NCBI GenBank assembly: GCA_963803435.1
Contig: CAWDML010000001.1
Coordinates: 3,219,111 to 3,283,110 of the forward strand
From: an uncultured delta proteobacterium
GTDB taxonomy: Bacteria > Myxococcota > Kuafuiibacteriia > Kuafuiibacteriales > Kuafuiibacteriaceae
Length of the DNA stretch: 64,000 nucleotides
Direction of reading: 5' to 3'
The notes beneath the pieces are model-generated. The model did no database searches, was not told where the DNA came from, and saw only the letters and a list, made by a program, of their open reading frames with translations. Position 1 is the stretch's first letter, and each line of letters starts with the position of its first letter. Made by a program: the position numbers and the translations under genes. This document shows positions 19,054 through 28,201 of the stretch, piece after piece.

Positions 19054-20313
19054 GTGGATCCCGCGCACACTCGAGGCGGCTGGCTTCCGGGGCTGCTGGC
19101 CCTCCTGCTGGTGGCGTGCGATCCGTCGGCGAGCCTGTTCGTCGAGCGCACTTGGCCCGCCGACCAGACTGCGTTGCTCACGATCACGGGAGGAAATCTG
19201 GTGCCACTCGAAGCGCGCCCGCGGCTCCTCCCGCCGGAGGGAGCGACGGAGCTCTCGATCGCGTTGCCCTCGAAGATCCAGATCTTCGTCGACACCTATG
19301 CGCCCGGTCGCATCGACCGTGCCTGCGCGCCCGCGTACGACGGGGACCCACTGCCGCCGGCCGACGCCTCCTGGACGTCGGGCCTGGTTCCCAGCAACTC
19401 GCAGACGATCGTGCTCCACGAGGGCTCGGTCTCCTCGCGGCCGATGCTGGCAGGCCGCTCCTGCGTCCCGCGTGATCTCTGCAGCGAGGTGCGGGTCACG
19501 ATCTATCAAAGCCCCGTGGAGGACGATCTGCGATCGCTCGTGCTGGCGAACGATCGGGCGTTCGTGCTCGGCAAGAGCTTCGAGCTCATCACCGTCGATC
19601 CGGAGGGCCCCCGGACGCTCCCCTCCGATCCCCGCCTCACGGGCGACTCGGGCGGTCTGGTCGACGACGGCCGGGGAGGCTTCATCGCGAAGGACGAGCA
19701 GAAGGCGTTCTTCGCCCTCGATGGAAGCGGCGCAGTAACGGCGACCTGGACCGCCCCCGAGAGCATACGCGGCCTCTTCAGGGGCGACGGGACGATCCTC
19801 GCGCTGACCAGCACCAGCCCGCGACGGATCGTGGAGCTCACCGCGGGATCCACGATCGCGGCCCCCTTCTCGACGCCGCCGGCCGATCTCTCCGAGCTCG
19901 CGATCGTCCGGCGCGACCTGATCGCCGGCTGGAGCAAGACCGACCTGTACCTGTTCGACGGCCGGCGCTGGGACTACCAGCTCCAGGCGATCGAGCTCGA
20001 CAGCGTCGCCGGGGACGAAGACGAGCTGATCGCGCTCCAGTCTCTCCGGACCACCTTCCTCCAAAGAGACGGTTCGTGGCTCGAGATCCCGTTCGCGCCG
20101 GTGATCTCACCCAAGGCGACGGCACTCGGCGCCGGCCACTTTCTGGTCGTCGGTGAGGCGGGGCGCGCGGCGATCTGGGACGGCGATCGGTGGTGCGAGA
20201 TCGAGACGGAAGCGGGCAACTTCCAACGCGTTGAGGTGTCGTCCGACGCGCGCGTCGTGTGGGCGATCTCGTACCGCGAGATCGTGCGGTTCGAGCTGCC
20301 GCCGCGCTCCTAG
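19054..20313 (+). CDS. Hypothetical lipoprotein, probable beta-propeller C-terminus
   Basis: Lipobox LLVA-C, repeated FDGxxW/WDGxxW turns. Stop TAG (20311-20313) is the IS target. Confidence 0.75.
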   Translation: MDPAHTRGGWLPGLLALLLVACDPSASLFVERTWPADQTALLTITGGNLVPLEARPRLLPPEGATELSIALPSKIQIFVDTYAPGRIDRACAPAYDGDPLPPADASWTSGLVPSNSQTIVLHEGSVSSRPMLAGRSCVPRDLCSEVRVTIYQSPVEDDLRSLVLANDRAFVLGKSFELITVDPEGPRTLPSDPRLTGDSGGLVDDGRGGFIAKDEQKAFFALDGSGAVTATWTAPESIRGLFRGDGTILALTSTSPRRIVELTAGSTIAAPFSTPPADLSELAIVRRDLIAGWSKTDLYLFDGRRWDYQLQAIELDSVAGDEDELIALQSLRTTFLQRDGSWLEIPFAPVISPKATALGAGHFLVVGEAGRAAIWDGDRWCEIETEAGNFQRVEVSSDARVVWAISYREIVRFELPPRS

Positions 20314-20569
20314 GAGCGTGTAGCGCGTAGCGCTACCGCGAGCCCGGTCCCGGTCCCGGTCCCGGTCCCGGTCCCGATGGCGATCATGCAGCCCGGCGTG
20401 CGTTCATCGACTTGATGAGGCGCGTGAGCATCTCGACAACGCGCTTGAGCTTGGCTCTGGCGGCTTGGACCTTCTGCTCGTTGGCGAGTCGGCGCCTCGA
20501 GCAGGTGTGGAGTGAGGCGGCGCTTTCGGTGCCAGAGCGAAGTGCCATCCGGTAGAAGCAAGCCTTCTC
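20314..20569. mobile_element. One-ended remnant of the same IS (copy 2): TIR, (CGGTCC)x5 and 3' half of the four-helix gene
   Basis: CTAG (20310-20313) then GAGCGTGTAGCGCGTA. Near-identical to the reverse complement of ~3249-3517. Similarity ends after ...GCCTTCTC and no second TIR is seen. Confidence 0.88.
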
Positions 20570-20776
20570 GAGAGTCGACGCAGGACCACTTCGGCGAGCG
20601 CTTCAAGTTTCGAGCCGCCACGCGTCGATACGCGACGCCCAGCGCGCGGCTCAAGAACGCCTCGCAGGATGGGCCGGACCTCGGGTTTCGGCGGGCGCGG
20701 ATCGCGGCGAAAGTGTGAACGTTTCGGAGCCGGCCGACGAAAACTCGGTGTGGGGCTGCGGGCCGAACGGGCGGGG

Positions 20777-22150
20777 GTGTCGGTTCTGGGGGACGGCCTG
20801 CAGCCCGTGCTCCCGACGGACCCGGCGCCGCCCTCGCGCCTCGAGCCCCCCGTGCTCGCGCCCGGGCTGACGCATCGTGCGAAGACCGACGTCTCGGGCA
20901 AGTCGACCGCCGTCGCGCGCGAGATCGAGCTCCGGAAGGCCTCCCTCAGCCCCTCGCGGCTCGAAGCCCTCTCCGCGCTCGAGCTCGGAGTGGATCAGTT
21001 GGCCGAGGTACGCTCCGCGCTGCGCGCCCGGATCAGGAAGGGGCTCGCCGTCGAGGGCTCGGAGATCGCGGCGCTGCCCGCGTTCGTCGGAGCGCCCGAC
21101 GCCTCGCTGCGTGGCGAGGCGCTGGTGCTGGACACGGGCGGCACCAACATGCGCGCCGCCCGAGTTCGACTGGGCGGTGAGCGCGGCGCGGAGCTCGTCG
21201 ACGGCCCCGTGCAGCGGCTCGTCCCTGGTCGGGAGGAGTCGATCACGCGGGCGGCGTTCTTCGGCGCGCATCGAGACCTCGTCGGCGAGCTCGAAGACGC
21301 GGCCGGTCTCCCGGTCGGCTATTGTTTCTCCTTCGGCTCCGAGATCCTCCCGGACGGCGACGCGCGGTTGCTCCGCTGGTCGAAGGGCATCCACGTCCCG
21401 GACGTCGAGGGCACGCGGGTGGGTGCCGCGCTCCACGACGCGCTCACCGACGGAGGGCTCGCGCCCGGCCGGGTCTCGGTCCTCAACGACACCGTGGCGG
21501 CGCTGCTCGGCGGCGCGGCGGCCTACGCGTGCGACGGCTTCGCCGACTTCATCGGCCTGATCGCGGGGACCGGTCACAACATCGCCTCCTTCGTCGACCC
21601 CGAATCCATGCCGAAGCTCGGCGACTCGAAGTGGACGGGGCGGATGGCCGTCAACCTCGAGACCGGCAACTTCTCGCCGCCGCACCTCACGAAGTGGGAC
21701 GTGGCCGTCGATGCCGCCATGGACAACGCCGGTTTCCATCGCTTCGAGAAGGCGGTGTCCGGCTACTACCTCCCGTTCATCTTTCAGCAGATCGTGCCCG
21801 AGCTCGAGGGCTTCGATCCCGAGGCCGGTTCGCGCGTCCTCGCCGAGCTGCGCGACGATCCCTCTCAGACGGCGCTGGTCCGCAGGGCCGCCGCGCTCCT
21901 CCTCGATCGCTCCGCCGACCTGGTGGCAGCCTCGCTCGCCGCGGTCGCAGACGTCTCGTCGGCCAAGGAGGGCACGATCGGCATCCTCGCCGAGGGCGGG
22001 CTGTTCTGGCGCATCCCGGGCTACGCCGCGCGCGTCGAGCACACTCTTTGTGCGCTCCTCGCCGGCGGCCCGGTGAACGTGCGCATCCTGAAGCTCGACG
22101 ATGCCAACCTGTACGGAGCCGCGAGCGCCGCGCTGATGCGCTCACGCTGA
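20777..22150 (+). CDS. Hexokinase (eukaryotic-type Hexokinase_1/2 family)
   Basis: LVLDTGGTNMR, GYCFSF, LLRWSKG, LNDTVAALL, GLIAGTGHN, VNLETGNF, FEKAVSGYYL, DANLYGAA. Start uncertain. Confidence 0.88.
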   Translation: MSVLGDGLQPVLPTDPAPPSRLEPPVLAPGLTHRAKTDVSGKSTAVAREIELRKASLSPSRLEALSALELGVDQLAEVRSALRARIRKGLAVEGSEIAALPAFVGAPDASLRGEALVLDTGGTNMRAARVRLGGERGAELVDGPVQRLVPGREESITRAAFFGAHRDLVGELEDAAGLPVGYCFSFGSEILPDGDARLLRWSKGIHVPDVEGTRVGAALHDALTDGGLAPGRVSVLNDTVAALLGGAAAYACDGFADFIGLIAGTGHNIASFVDPESMPKLGDSKWTGRMAVNLETGNFSPPHLTKWDVAVDAAMDNAGFHRFEKAVSGYYLPFIFQQIVPELEGFDPEAGSRVLAELRDDPSQTALVRRAAALLLDRSADLVAASLAAVADVSSAKEGTIGILAEGGLFWRIPGYAARVEHTLCALLAGGPVNVRILKLDDANLYGAASAALMRSR

Positions 22151-22187
22151 CCGCGCGGCCGCGCATTTCAAGGTCGGAACGCTCTGA

Positions 22188-22361
22188 GAGGACGAGCAAG
22201 ATTCGTCCCGCCTCTCGATCCATCAGGGGGACGCCGGCGCGAGCCTGGCCGAGTGGCGCGTCGATGGATGGGCCAACGGGATCCGCGACATCGCGCTGGA
22301 CGGCAATCGAATCCTGCTCCTGGTCGACGGAGGCGTCGAGCGCGTCGACCTCACGCGTTGA
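22188..22361 (+). pseudogene. Possible start-less gene remnant (beta-propeller-like C-terminus)
   Basis: Open frame with GC3-rich codons, ...LAEWRVDGWANGIRDIALDGNRILLLVDGGVERVDLTR*. An in-frame TGA lies just upstream. Confidence 0.3.
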
Positions 22362-22543
22362 CCGCCAGGAGCGCCCCGAGGCGATTCCGCCCCGGGGGTG
22401 TCAGTCGGCGACAGCTTCCGAGGTCAGGGCCGCACTCTGCGAGGTCGGTCCCGCGTTTGCTTTCGTTCACTCCCGGGAGAGCGAACGGCCATGCTCGAAC
22501 GCGGAACGACGGCAGTCATCAGCCAGGCCTCGTCAGGGCCTCC

Positions 22544-23890
22544 GTGAGCGATCGGGCTCGAGTGCGCCGGTGTGCGGCGATCCTGATCGCGTCCTCGCTT
22601 CAATGGCCGGGCGCCGGGCGAGCCGAACCGGCGCCCGGCGAGGGCGGAGCATCGCGCACGGCCACCACCGCCGGCGATCCGCGCGTGCGGATCCGCGCTG
22701 AGGAAGAGGACGGGCTCGACCTGGGCCGACTCGTGCTCGATCTCCCGGCCCACCTGCTCGAGCTGGCGTTCGTCCCGCTCCTGCCGTTGATCGTCCTCGA
22801 CGAGCGGTACGCGATCGGTAAGCGGCTCTACGATCTCTTCACCAACGACGACCGCACGCTGGCCCTCGTCCCCTTCGTCACCCCCCTCGACTCGTCGGGG
22901 CTCGGCTTCGGCGCGGCGCTGATTCACCAGCCGCACGAGGTCGGCGTGCGCACGGTCGTCATCGGGCTGGCGCACCTGAACGGCGACTACCGGATCTTCG
23001 GCGATGTCTCCCACGCGCTGGACCGAACCCACCTCTCCCTCCTCGTCCACGGGGAGAGCCAGCTCGACAGCGACCGACGCTACTACGGCACGGGCCGGGG
23101 CACGACCCAGAGCGCCAAGCATCTGTTCTCCTACGAGGCGGCCGACGCAGCCGCCGGAGTGCAGTGGGTCGAGCCTCGCCGCGGTGAGCTGAGCCTCGGG
23201 CTCTCTGCCGGGATCAACCGCAGCCTCACCGAGCCAACCGACGCGCACGGCGCTCCCTCCGTGCGCCCGCACGGGGAGCTCGAGCCACCGCCGGGGTTCG
23301 GCCAGCAGCTCGCCTACGGCCAGGGCCTCCTCGACGCCGGCTTCGCCACCCGCGATGCCAACGGTCGGCTCCACCGCGGCCTCGAGCTGTACGGCCACGT
23401 CCAGGTCGCCAGCGCGATCGACGCGCACCCCGAGCTCTCGGGGATCCAGGGCCGGCTGGAGGTCATCGGGCACATCCCGATCTTCGGGCACGAGCGCATG
23501 CTGGTGCTGGCGGCGCGCGGCACCTGGGCCGCTCCTCTCGGGGCGGGCCGGGAGGTGCCCTTCTTCCTCTACACGTTCTACGGCGGGCCGGACGCGCTGC
23601 GCGGCTACCCTTCGTACCGCTTCGCCGGGCTCTTCTCCTGGTGGAGCACGGCCGAGTATCGCTATCCGATCTATCACGTTCCCTCGACCGACCTCCGCTG
23701 GAGCGCGGCCTGGTTCGGCGAGGTGGGGCAGCTCGGCGATCACGCAGGTGATCTCGCGAGGGGACCGCTCCCGTTCTCGTTCGGCGCGGGGCTCACGCTG
23801 GAGAGCATCGACGCCGTCCTGGCCCGCTTCCAGATCGCCGGCTCGCCGGAGGGCGTGCAGCTCACCGCTGCGATCGGAGGCCTCCGGTGA
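22544..23890 (+). CDS. Omp85/BamA-TamA superfamily outer-membrane barrel without evident POTRA domains
   Basis: Signal-like N-terminus, amphipathic beta strands, GGPDALRGYPSYRF (Omp85 L6 RGY motif), AEYRYPI. Start inferred. Confidence 0.8.
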   Translation: MSDRARVRRCAAILIASSLQWPGAGRAEPAPGEGGASRTATTAGDPRVRIRAEEEDGLDLGRLVLDLPAHLLELAFVPLLPLIVLDERYAIGKRLYDLFTNDDRTLALVPFVTPLDSSGLGFGAALIHQPHEVGVRTVVIGLAHLNGDYRIFGDVSHALDRTHLSLLVHGESQLDSDRRYYGTGRGTTQSAKHLFSYEAADAAAGVQWVEPRRGELSLGLSAGINRSLTEPTDAHGAPSVRPHGELEPPPGFGQQLAYGQGLLDAGFATRDANGRLHRGLELYGHVQVASAIDAHPELSGIQGRLEVIGHIPIFGHERMLVLAARGTWAAPLGAGREVPFFLYTFYGGPDALRGYPSYRFAGLFSWWSTAEYRYPIYHVPSTDLRWSAAWFGEVGQLGDHAGDLARGPLPFSFGAGLTLESIDAVLARFQIAGSPEGVQLTAAIGGLR

Positions 23891-25509
23891 GGGGGTGGCT
23901 CAACCCCGCGATCGCGCTCGCCGTCGCGAGCGCCTGCGCGACGCCGTCGTGGCACGGGCCGCCCTACGACCAGCAGTTCCAGGTGGCGCCGCCGCCGATC
24001 CTCCATCCGGCGCCGCCGAAGCGGGAGGTCTCGCCGCACTGGGACCGGTTCTCCTCGCTGATCCCGGAGTCGCTCGCGAATCCGCTCCGCGGCGCACGGA
24101 TCCTCGGCGCCTCGAGGGCGCTCGACGTCAACGACTTCGGTGAGGTGATCGACTCGCCCTGGTTCGAGAACCGGATCGGCCGCCGGCGCATGACCGCGGA
24201 GGAGATCACGCACGGCCCCAACCGACTCACAGGCCCCGCGCCCGGACCGCTGCTCGTGTTGAGCGGGAAATCGGAAGGCGTGACGCCGGGCCTGGTGGTG
24301 AAGGACAGCGACGGCCATACCTTTCTCGTAAAGGTGGACGCGCCCGCCTTCCGCGGCCTCGGCTCCGGGGCCGAGGTCATCGCGACCAAGCTCCTCTACG
24401 CGGCCGGATATCACGTGCCCGAAAACTACCTGGTGGACCTCTCGCTCGATCGGCTCGTGCTCGGTGACGGCGCCACCACGAAGGGACGCTACCGGCAGAA
24501 CGTACCGCTCGACGCGGAGACGTTCGCGCAGCTCCTGAATCGGATGGCCCCGTCCTCAGGAGGCACCCCGCGCACGCTGTTCAGCCGGATCATCGACGGC
24601 ACGGTGCTGGGACCGTTCCCCTTCGAGGGCGCCAGCGCCGATGATCCGAACGATCGGATTCCGCACGAACGCCGCCGCAGCGTGCGCGGGATGTGGGTCT
24701 TCGCGGCCTGGCTCGACAACGCGGACATGCGGCCGGCCAACACCCTCGACGCCTTCGTACCCGTGAATGAGGACGGGCTCGGCTTCGTGGAGCACTACTG
24801 GATCGACTTCGGCTCCGCCCTCGGATCGTCCGCAGGAGTGCCGAAGCCCGCCGACTACGGCCGCGAGTATTCGATCGACTGGGCCAAGATCCTCTTCCGT
24901 ACGATCTCCTTCGGGGCCACGCGGGGACCGTGGGATCCGCTCGCCCTCGCGCGCTTCACGTGCGTGGGACGGTTCGACGCCGTGGCCTTCGACCCGCGGG
25001 CCTGGGTCCCGCTGAATCCCGCGCGCCCCTTCCAGCTGGCGTCCCCGCTCGACACGTTCTGGGCGGCCTCGATCCTGGCCCGGTTCACCGAGGACGATCT
25101 GCGCGCGGTGGTGGCGGAGGCGCGCTATCCCAGCACCGGGGCCACCGACTACGTCGTCGCCGTACTTCGTGCGCGCCAGCGAGCGCTGCTGCGCTTCGCC
25201 TTCGAGCGGGTGCTTCCGCTGGTTGATCCGACGATCCACGGCGATCGACTGGTAATGACGGACCTGGCCGTGACGGCGGGCCTGATCGACCAGGCCCGCT
25301 ACCGGGCGACGGTCCGCGTCGAGGGCGGGGAGGCGCGAACGACCAGGGCCGGCCGTGCCGAGGTGCGCCTCGGCCCCGGCCTTCCGCGCGACGGCTTCGT
25401 GAGCGTCACCTTCGAGCGTCGGGGCTCACCGGGGTCGGTGGAGGTCGAGCTCATGACGGCTGGCGGCCGCGTGCTCCCCGTCGGGATCACGCGGCCGCAT
25501 CCGCAGTGA
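23887..25509 (+). CDS. Lipoprotein with atypical (HipA/PI3-PI4K/CotH-like) kinase fold
   Basis: Lipobox ASA-C, KSEGVTPG loop, FLVKVD (Lys), GAEV (Glu), WLDNADMRPANT (catalytic loop), WIDFGSALG (DFG). GTGA overlap with the Omp85 gene. Confidence 0.7.
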   Translation: MRGWLNPAIALAVASACATPSWHGPPYDQQFQVAPPPILHPAPPKREVSPHWDRFSSLIPESLANPLRGARILGASRALDVNDFGEVIDSPWFENRIGRRRMTAEEITHGPNRLTGPAPGPLLVLSGKSEGVTPGLVVKDSDGHTFLVKVDAPAFRGLGSGAEVIATKLLYAAGYHVPENYLVDLSLDRLVLGDGATTKGRYRQNVPLDAETFAQLLNRMAPSSGGTPRTLFSRIIDGTVLGPFPFEGASADDPNDRIPHERRRSVRGMWVFAAWLDNADMRPANTLDAFVPVNEDGLGFVEHYWIDFGSALGSSAGVPKPADYGREYSIDWAKILFRTISFGATRGPWDPLALARFTCVGRFDAVAFDPRAWVPLNPARPFQLASPLDTFWAASILARFTEDDLRAVVAEARYPSTGATDYVVAVLRARQRALLRFAFERVLPLVDPTIHGDRLVMTDLAVTAGLIDQARYRATVRVEGGEARTTRAGRAEVRLGPGLPRDGFVSVTFERRGSPGSVEVELMTAGGRVLPVGITRPHPQ

Positions 25510-25516
25510 CGTGCGC

Positions 25517-25819
25517 TCAGCGCGGAAGCTTCGCGGCCAGCACGTCGTGCGGCTCGATCCTCGGCGGCGCCGCCAGGAGCTCGCCAGCCTTCGCCATCAG
25601 CGCGGCGGCGATGTCCCCGTTCAGGTGGGCCTTGCGTCCCTCCTCGTCCTCGAACGCATCGAACACGGCGAACGTGGTCGGTCCGAGCTGCACCGCGAAC
25701 CAGACCACCGTCCGAGCCTCCGCGTTCGCGAGCGGGAGCGCGGACTGCAGGAGCTTCTTCACCTCCTCTGCCTTCTCCTTCTTCGTCTCGAGCCTTACCC
25801 AGAGTCCTAGTTTGACCAT
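25517..25819 (-). CDS. Antibiotic biosynthesis monooxygenase (ABM) family protein
   Basis: WFAVQLGPTTFAVFDAFEDEEGRKAHLNG, 100 aa. Confidence 0.88.
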   Translation of the reverse strand: MVKLGLWVRLETKKEKAEEVKKLLQSALPLANAEARTVVWFAVQLGPTTFAVFDAFEDEEGRKAHLNGDIAAALMAKAGELLAAPPRIEPHDVLAAKLPR

Positions 25820-25890
25820 GGCGCCAGGCTAGCTGCTCGGAGCGTTCGAGGCCTCTGTCCAAATCGACAAATATGATACTGTTCTTGCCA

Positions 25891-26850
25891 ATGCGCATCC
25901 ACGTGCTCGCCCTGGGCGGCGCCTTCGACACCGGCCTCGCCGCCGTGCTCGACACCTTCGGAGTCGCCGACGAGCTGTCGCACGCCGGCCGCAAACCGGC
26001 GCGCCGCTTCGAGGTTGAGCTGGTCTCGGTCCGGAAGAGCGTGCGGACCGGGCGCGGCCTCCAGGTCCCTGCGCGGACGGTCTCGAAGGCCGACCGACCC
26101 GACGTCCTCTTCGTCGCTGCGCTCGACGCGAAGACGCCCGATTCGCTCGAGCGGGCGCTGGCCACCAAGGAGGTCCGCGACGCCGCGCTCTACCTGCGCT
26201 CCCTACCGAACGGGACCCTGGTGGTGGCGGCGTGCACCGCCACGTTCGTCCTCGCCGAGGCCGGGCTGCTCTCGGGACGCCGCGCCACCACGACGTGGTG
26301 GTTGGCGCCCATGTTTCGCCAGCGCTATCACGACGTACAGCTCGACGAGTCCGAGATCATCGTGCCGGCGCGGAGCGTCGTCACCGCCGGCGCAGCCCTC
26401 GCCCACCTCGATCTAGCGCTGTGGATCGTGCGCCGCCAGAGCCCCTCGCTGGCCGCGCGGGTCGCCCGCTTTCTCGTCGCCGATCTGCGGCCGAGCCAGG
26501 CCGCCTACGTCATCCCGGATCAGCTGGCCCACTCGGATCCGGTGGTCGAACGGTTCGAGCGGTGGGTGACCCGCCACCTGGCGGAGGGCTTCTCGTTGAA
26601 CACGGCCGCCCGGGCGGTCGGCGTGAGCTCGAGGACCCTCGCCCGCCGCCTCCACACGGTCCTCGGCAAGACCCCGGTCGCGTACGTTCAGGAGCTGCGG
26701 ATCGACCGGGCGATCGACCTCTTGCAGACGAGCAACGCCAGCGTGGACGAGATCGCGGAGCGCGTCGGCTACGCCCAGGGCACCACGCTGCGAACACTGC
26801 TCCGCCGCCGGCGCGGCCGCGGCGTCAAGGAGATCCGGACCCGCGCGTGA
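25891..26850 (+). CDS. GlxA-type AraC regulator (DJ-1/PfpI + HTH)
   Basis: AACTATFVLAEAGLLSGRRATTTWW, VSSRTLARR, SVDEIAERVGY. Divergent from the ABM gene. Confidence 0.92.
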   Translation: MRIHVLALGGAFDTGLAAVLDTFGVADELSHAGRKPARRFEVELVSVRKSVRTGRGLQVPARTVSKADRPDVLFVAALDAKTPDSLERALATKEVRDAALYLRSLPNGTLVVAACTATFVLAEAGLLSGRRATTTWWLAPMFRQRYHDVQLDESEIIVPARSVVTAGAALAHLDLALWIVRRQSPSLAARVARFLVADLRPSQAAYVIPDQLAHSDPVVERFERWVTRHLAEGFSLNTAARAVGVSSRTLARRLHTVLGKTPVAYVQELRIDRAIDLLQTSNASVDEIAERVGYAQGTTLRTLLRRRRGRGVKEIRTRA

Positions 26851-28138
26851 GCGAGCCCTTGCGAGCAGATGGTTTGCCGGAGCGGGCGCGGCGCCGGAGC
26901 CAGAGCAGGACGCCCAGCCCCACCAGCGGCACGGGCGTCCCCGCGCCTTCGCGGACCGGCGCGCCGGCCCGGCAGGAGCAGCCGCCCTTCTCCTCGTCCA
27001 CCACCGGCGGCGTCTCCTCCTCCGGCGGGGGCGTGCGCGGCTTCGGCTCGGCCGCCTTCACCGGCGGCCCCAGAACGTCGTGCGCTCCCAGGAGCGGCGG
27101 CATCTCGACGGGCGGATCGTCGACCGGAGGATCGTCGACGGGCGGAGCGTCCTGCGCCGGCGCGACCCGGAGCGCGTCCACGGCGATGTGTTGATCCGGC
27201 GCCACCGCGCCCGCGACGTTGTCGTAGACCGCGACCCACTGGTCGGCGCCCGCCGAGAACGCGAACCTGCCGAGCGGCGTCCATCCACTCGACGCCGATT
27301 GATCGATCGTCAACACGCTCTGCTCACCGGAGTGGCGGACCTCGTAGCGGGTCGCCGAATGGATCGCGTAGGCGGGCTCCAGGTAGACGTCGACGTCGTA
27401 GTCGCCCTCGGCCGAGAGATCGAGGTTCCAGCGCGCCCAGTTGCTCGGCGCATCGTTCTCGAACGCGTTCGTCCAGAGCAACGAGCCCGCGTGGCCCTCG
27501 CCCTCGACGTCCCGCCAGAACTGGTTGGGCCCGAACGCGGAGAAGCAGCTCGCGTCCTCCTCGATGACGCCGCCCTCGGGAGGAAGCGCGTCGCAGGTGG
27601 CTCCCACGCACGGTCCACCGCCGGGACCGCCGCCCCACCACTCCCAGTGCCAGTCCTCGCTCGGGACCGTCCTTGAGAAGCCGAACGCCCCGCCGTGCGC
27701 GTTGAGCCAGGCCAGCACGCCCGACGAGGCCGTGTTGAGGTCGAGCGCGTGACCGCTCTGATGATTGCTGTAGCCGGGGCGCGCCGCGAGATTGCAGTTG
27801 TTGCAGTTGCAGTGGATGTAGCAGTCGTAGAGGTATTGCTGCTCGGCCTGCGTTCTGAAGCCGCTCACGACGGCGATCTGGACGCCGTCGGACGCCGCCG
27901 CCTGCTGCATCACGTAATACGCGTTCGCCGTCTCTCGCTCGGCGGGCTTACCGTCGACGGTGACCACCACGATCGGGAACGGGTTGCCGTCGACATACCC
28001 GGTGTCCGTGCGCTCGGTGCAATCGATCAGACCGCGGCGCGCCATGTCGATGTCGAGCTCATCCGGCGGCGCCTCGGTCTCCACCGGGGCGCACGACGCG
28101 AGGAGGAGCCCCGCCAGCCAGACCGCCCCGAACCGCAC
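26825..28138 (-). CDS. M15B (VanY-like) D-Ala-D-Ala carboxypeptidase domain + golvesin-like beta domain + MYXO-CTERM
   Basis: SGFRT...AARPGYSNHQSGHALD...EDWHW, lipobox LAS-C, C-terminal GGCSC + hydrophobic stretch + RRR. Confidence 0.88.
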   Translation of the reverse strand: MRFGAVWLAGLLLASCAPVETEAPPDELDIDMARRGLIDCTERTDTGYVDGNPFPIVVVTVDGKPAERETANAYYVMQQAAASDGVQIAVVSGFRTQAEQQYLYDCYIHCNCNNCNLAARPGYSNHQSGHALDLNTASSGVLAWLNAHGGAFGFSRTVPSEDWHWEWWGGGPGGGPCVGATCDALPPEGGVIEEDASCFSAFGPNQFWRDVEGEGHAGSLLWTNAFENDAPSNWARWNLDLSAEGDYDVDVYLEPAYAIHSATRYEVRHSGEQSVLTIDQSASSGWTPLGRFAFSAGADQWVAVYDNVAGAVAPDQHIAVDALRVAPAQDAPPVDDPPVDDPPVEMPPLLGAHDVLGPPVKAAEPKPRTPPPEEETPPVVDEEKGGCSCRAGAPVREGAGTPVPLVGLGVLLWLRRRARSGKPSARKGSLTRGSGSP

Positions 28139-28201
28139 CGTGCGACCATCCGACGTCTCCGGCCCCGGGTGAATCGGACAGCCTGTGGAGTGAACGGCCG
28201 A

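Noticed and set aside
20305-20318. Palindrome CGCTCCTAGGAGCG suggesting a head-to-head IS junction or circle
   Set aside because: The upstream match to the TIR is only about 5 bp and lies in the last codons of the host gene, so chance is sufficient.
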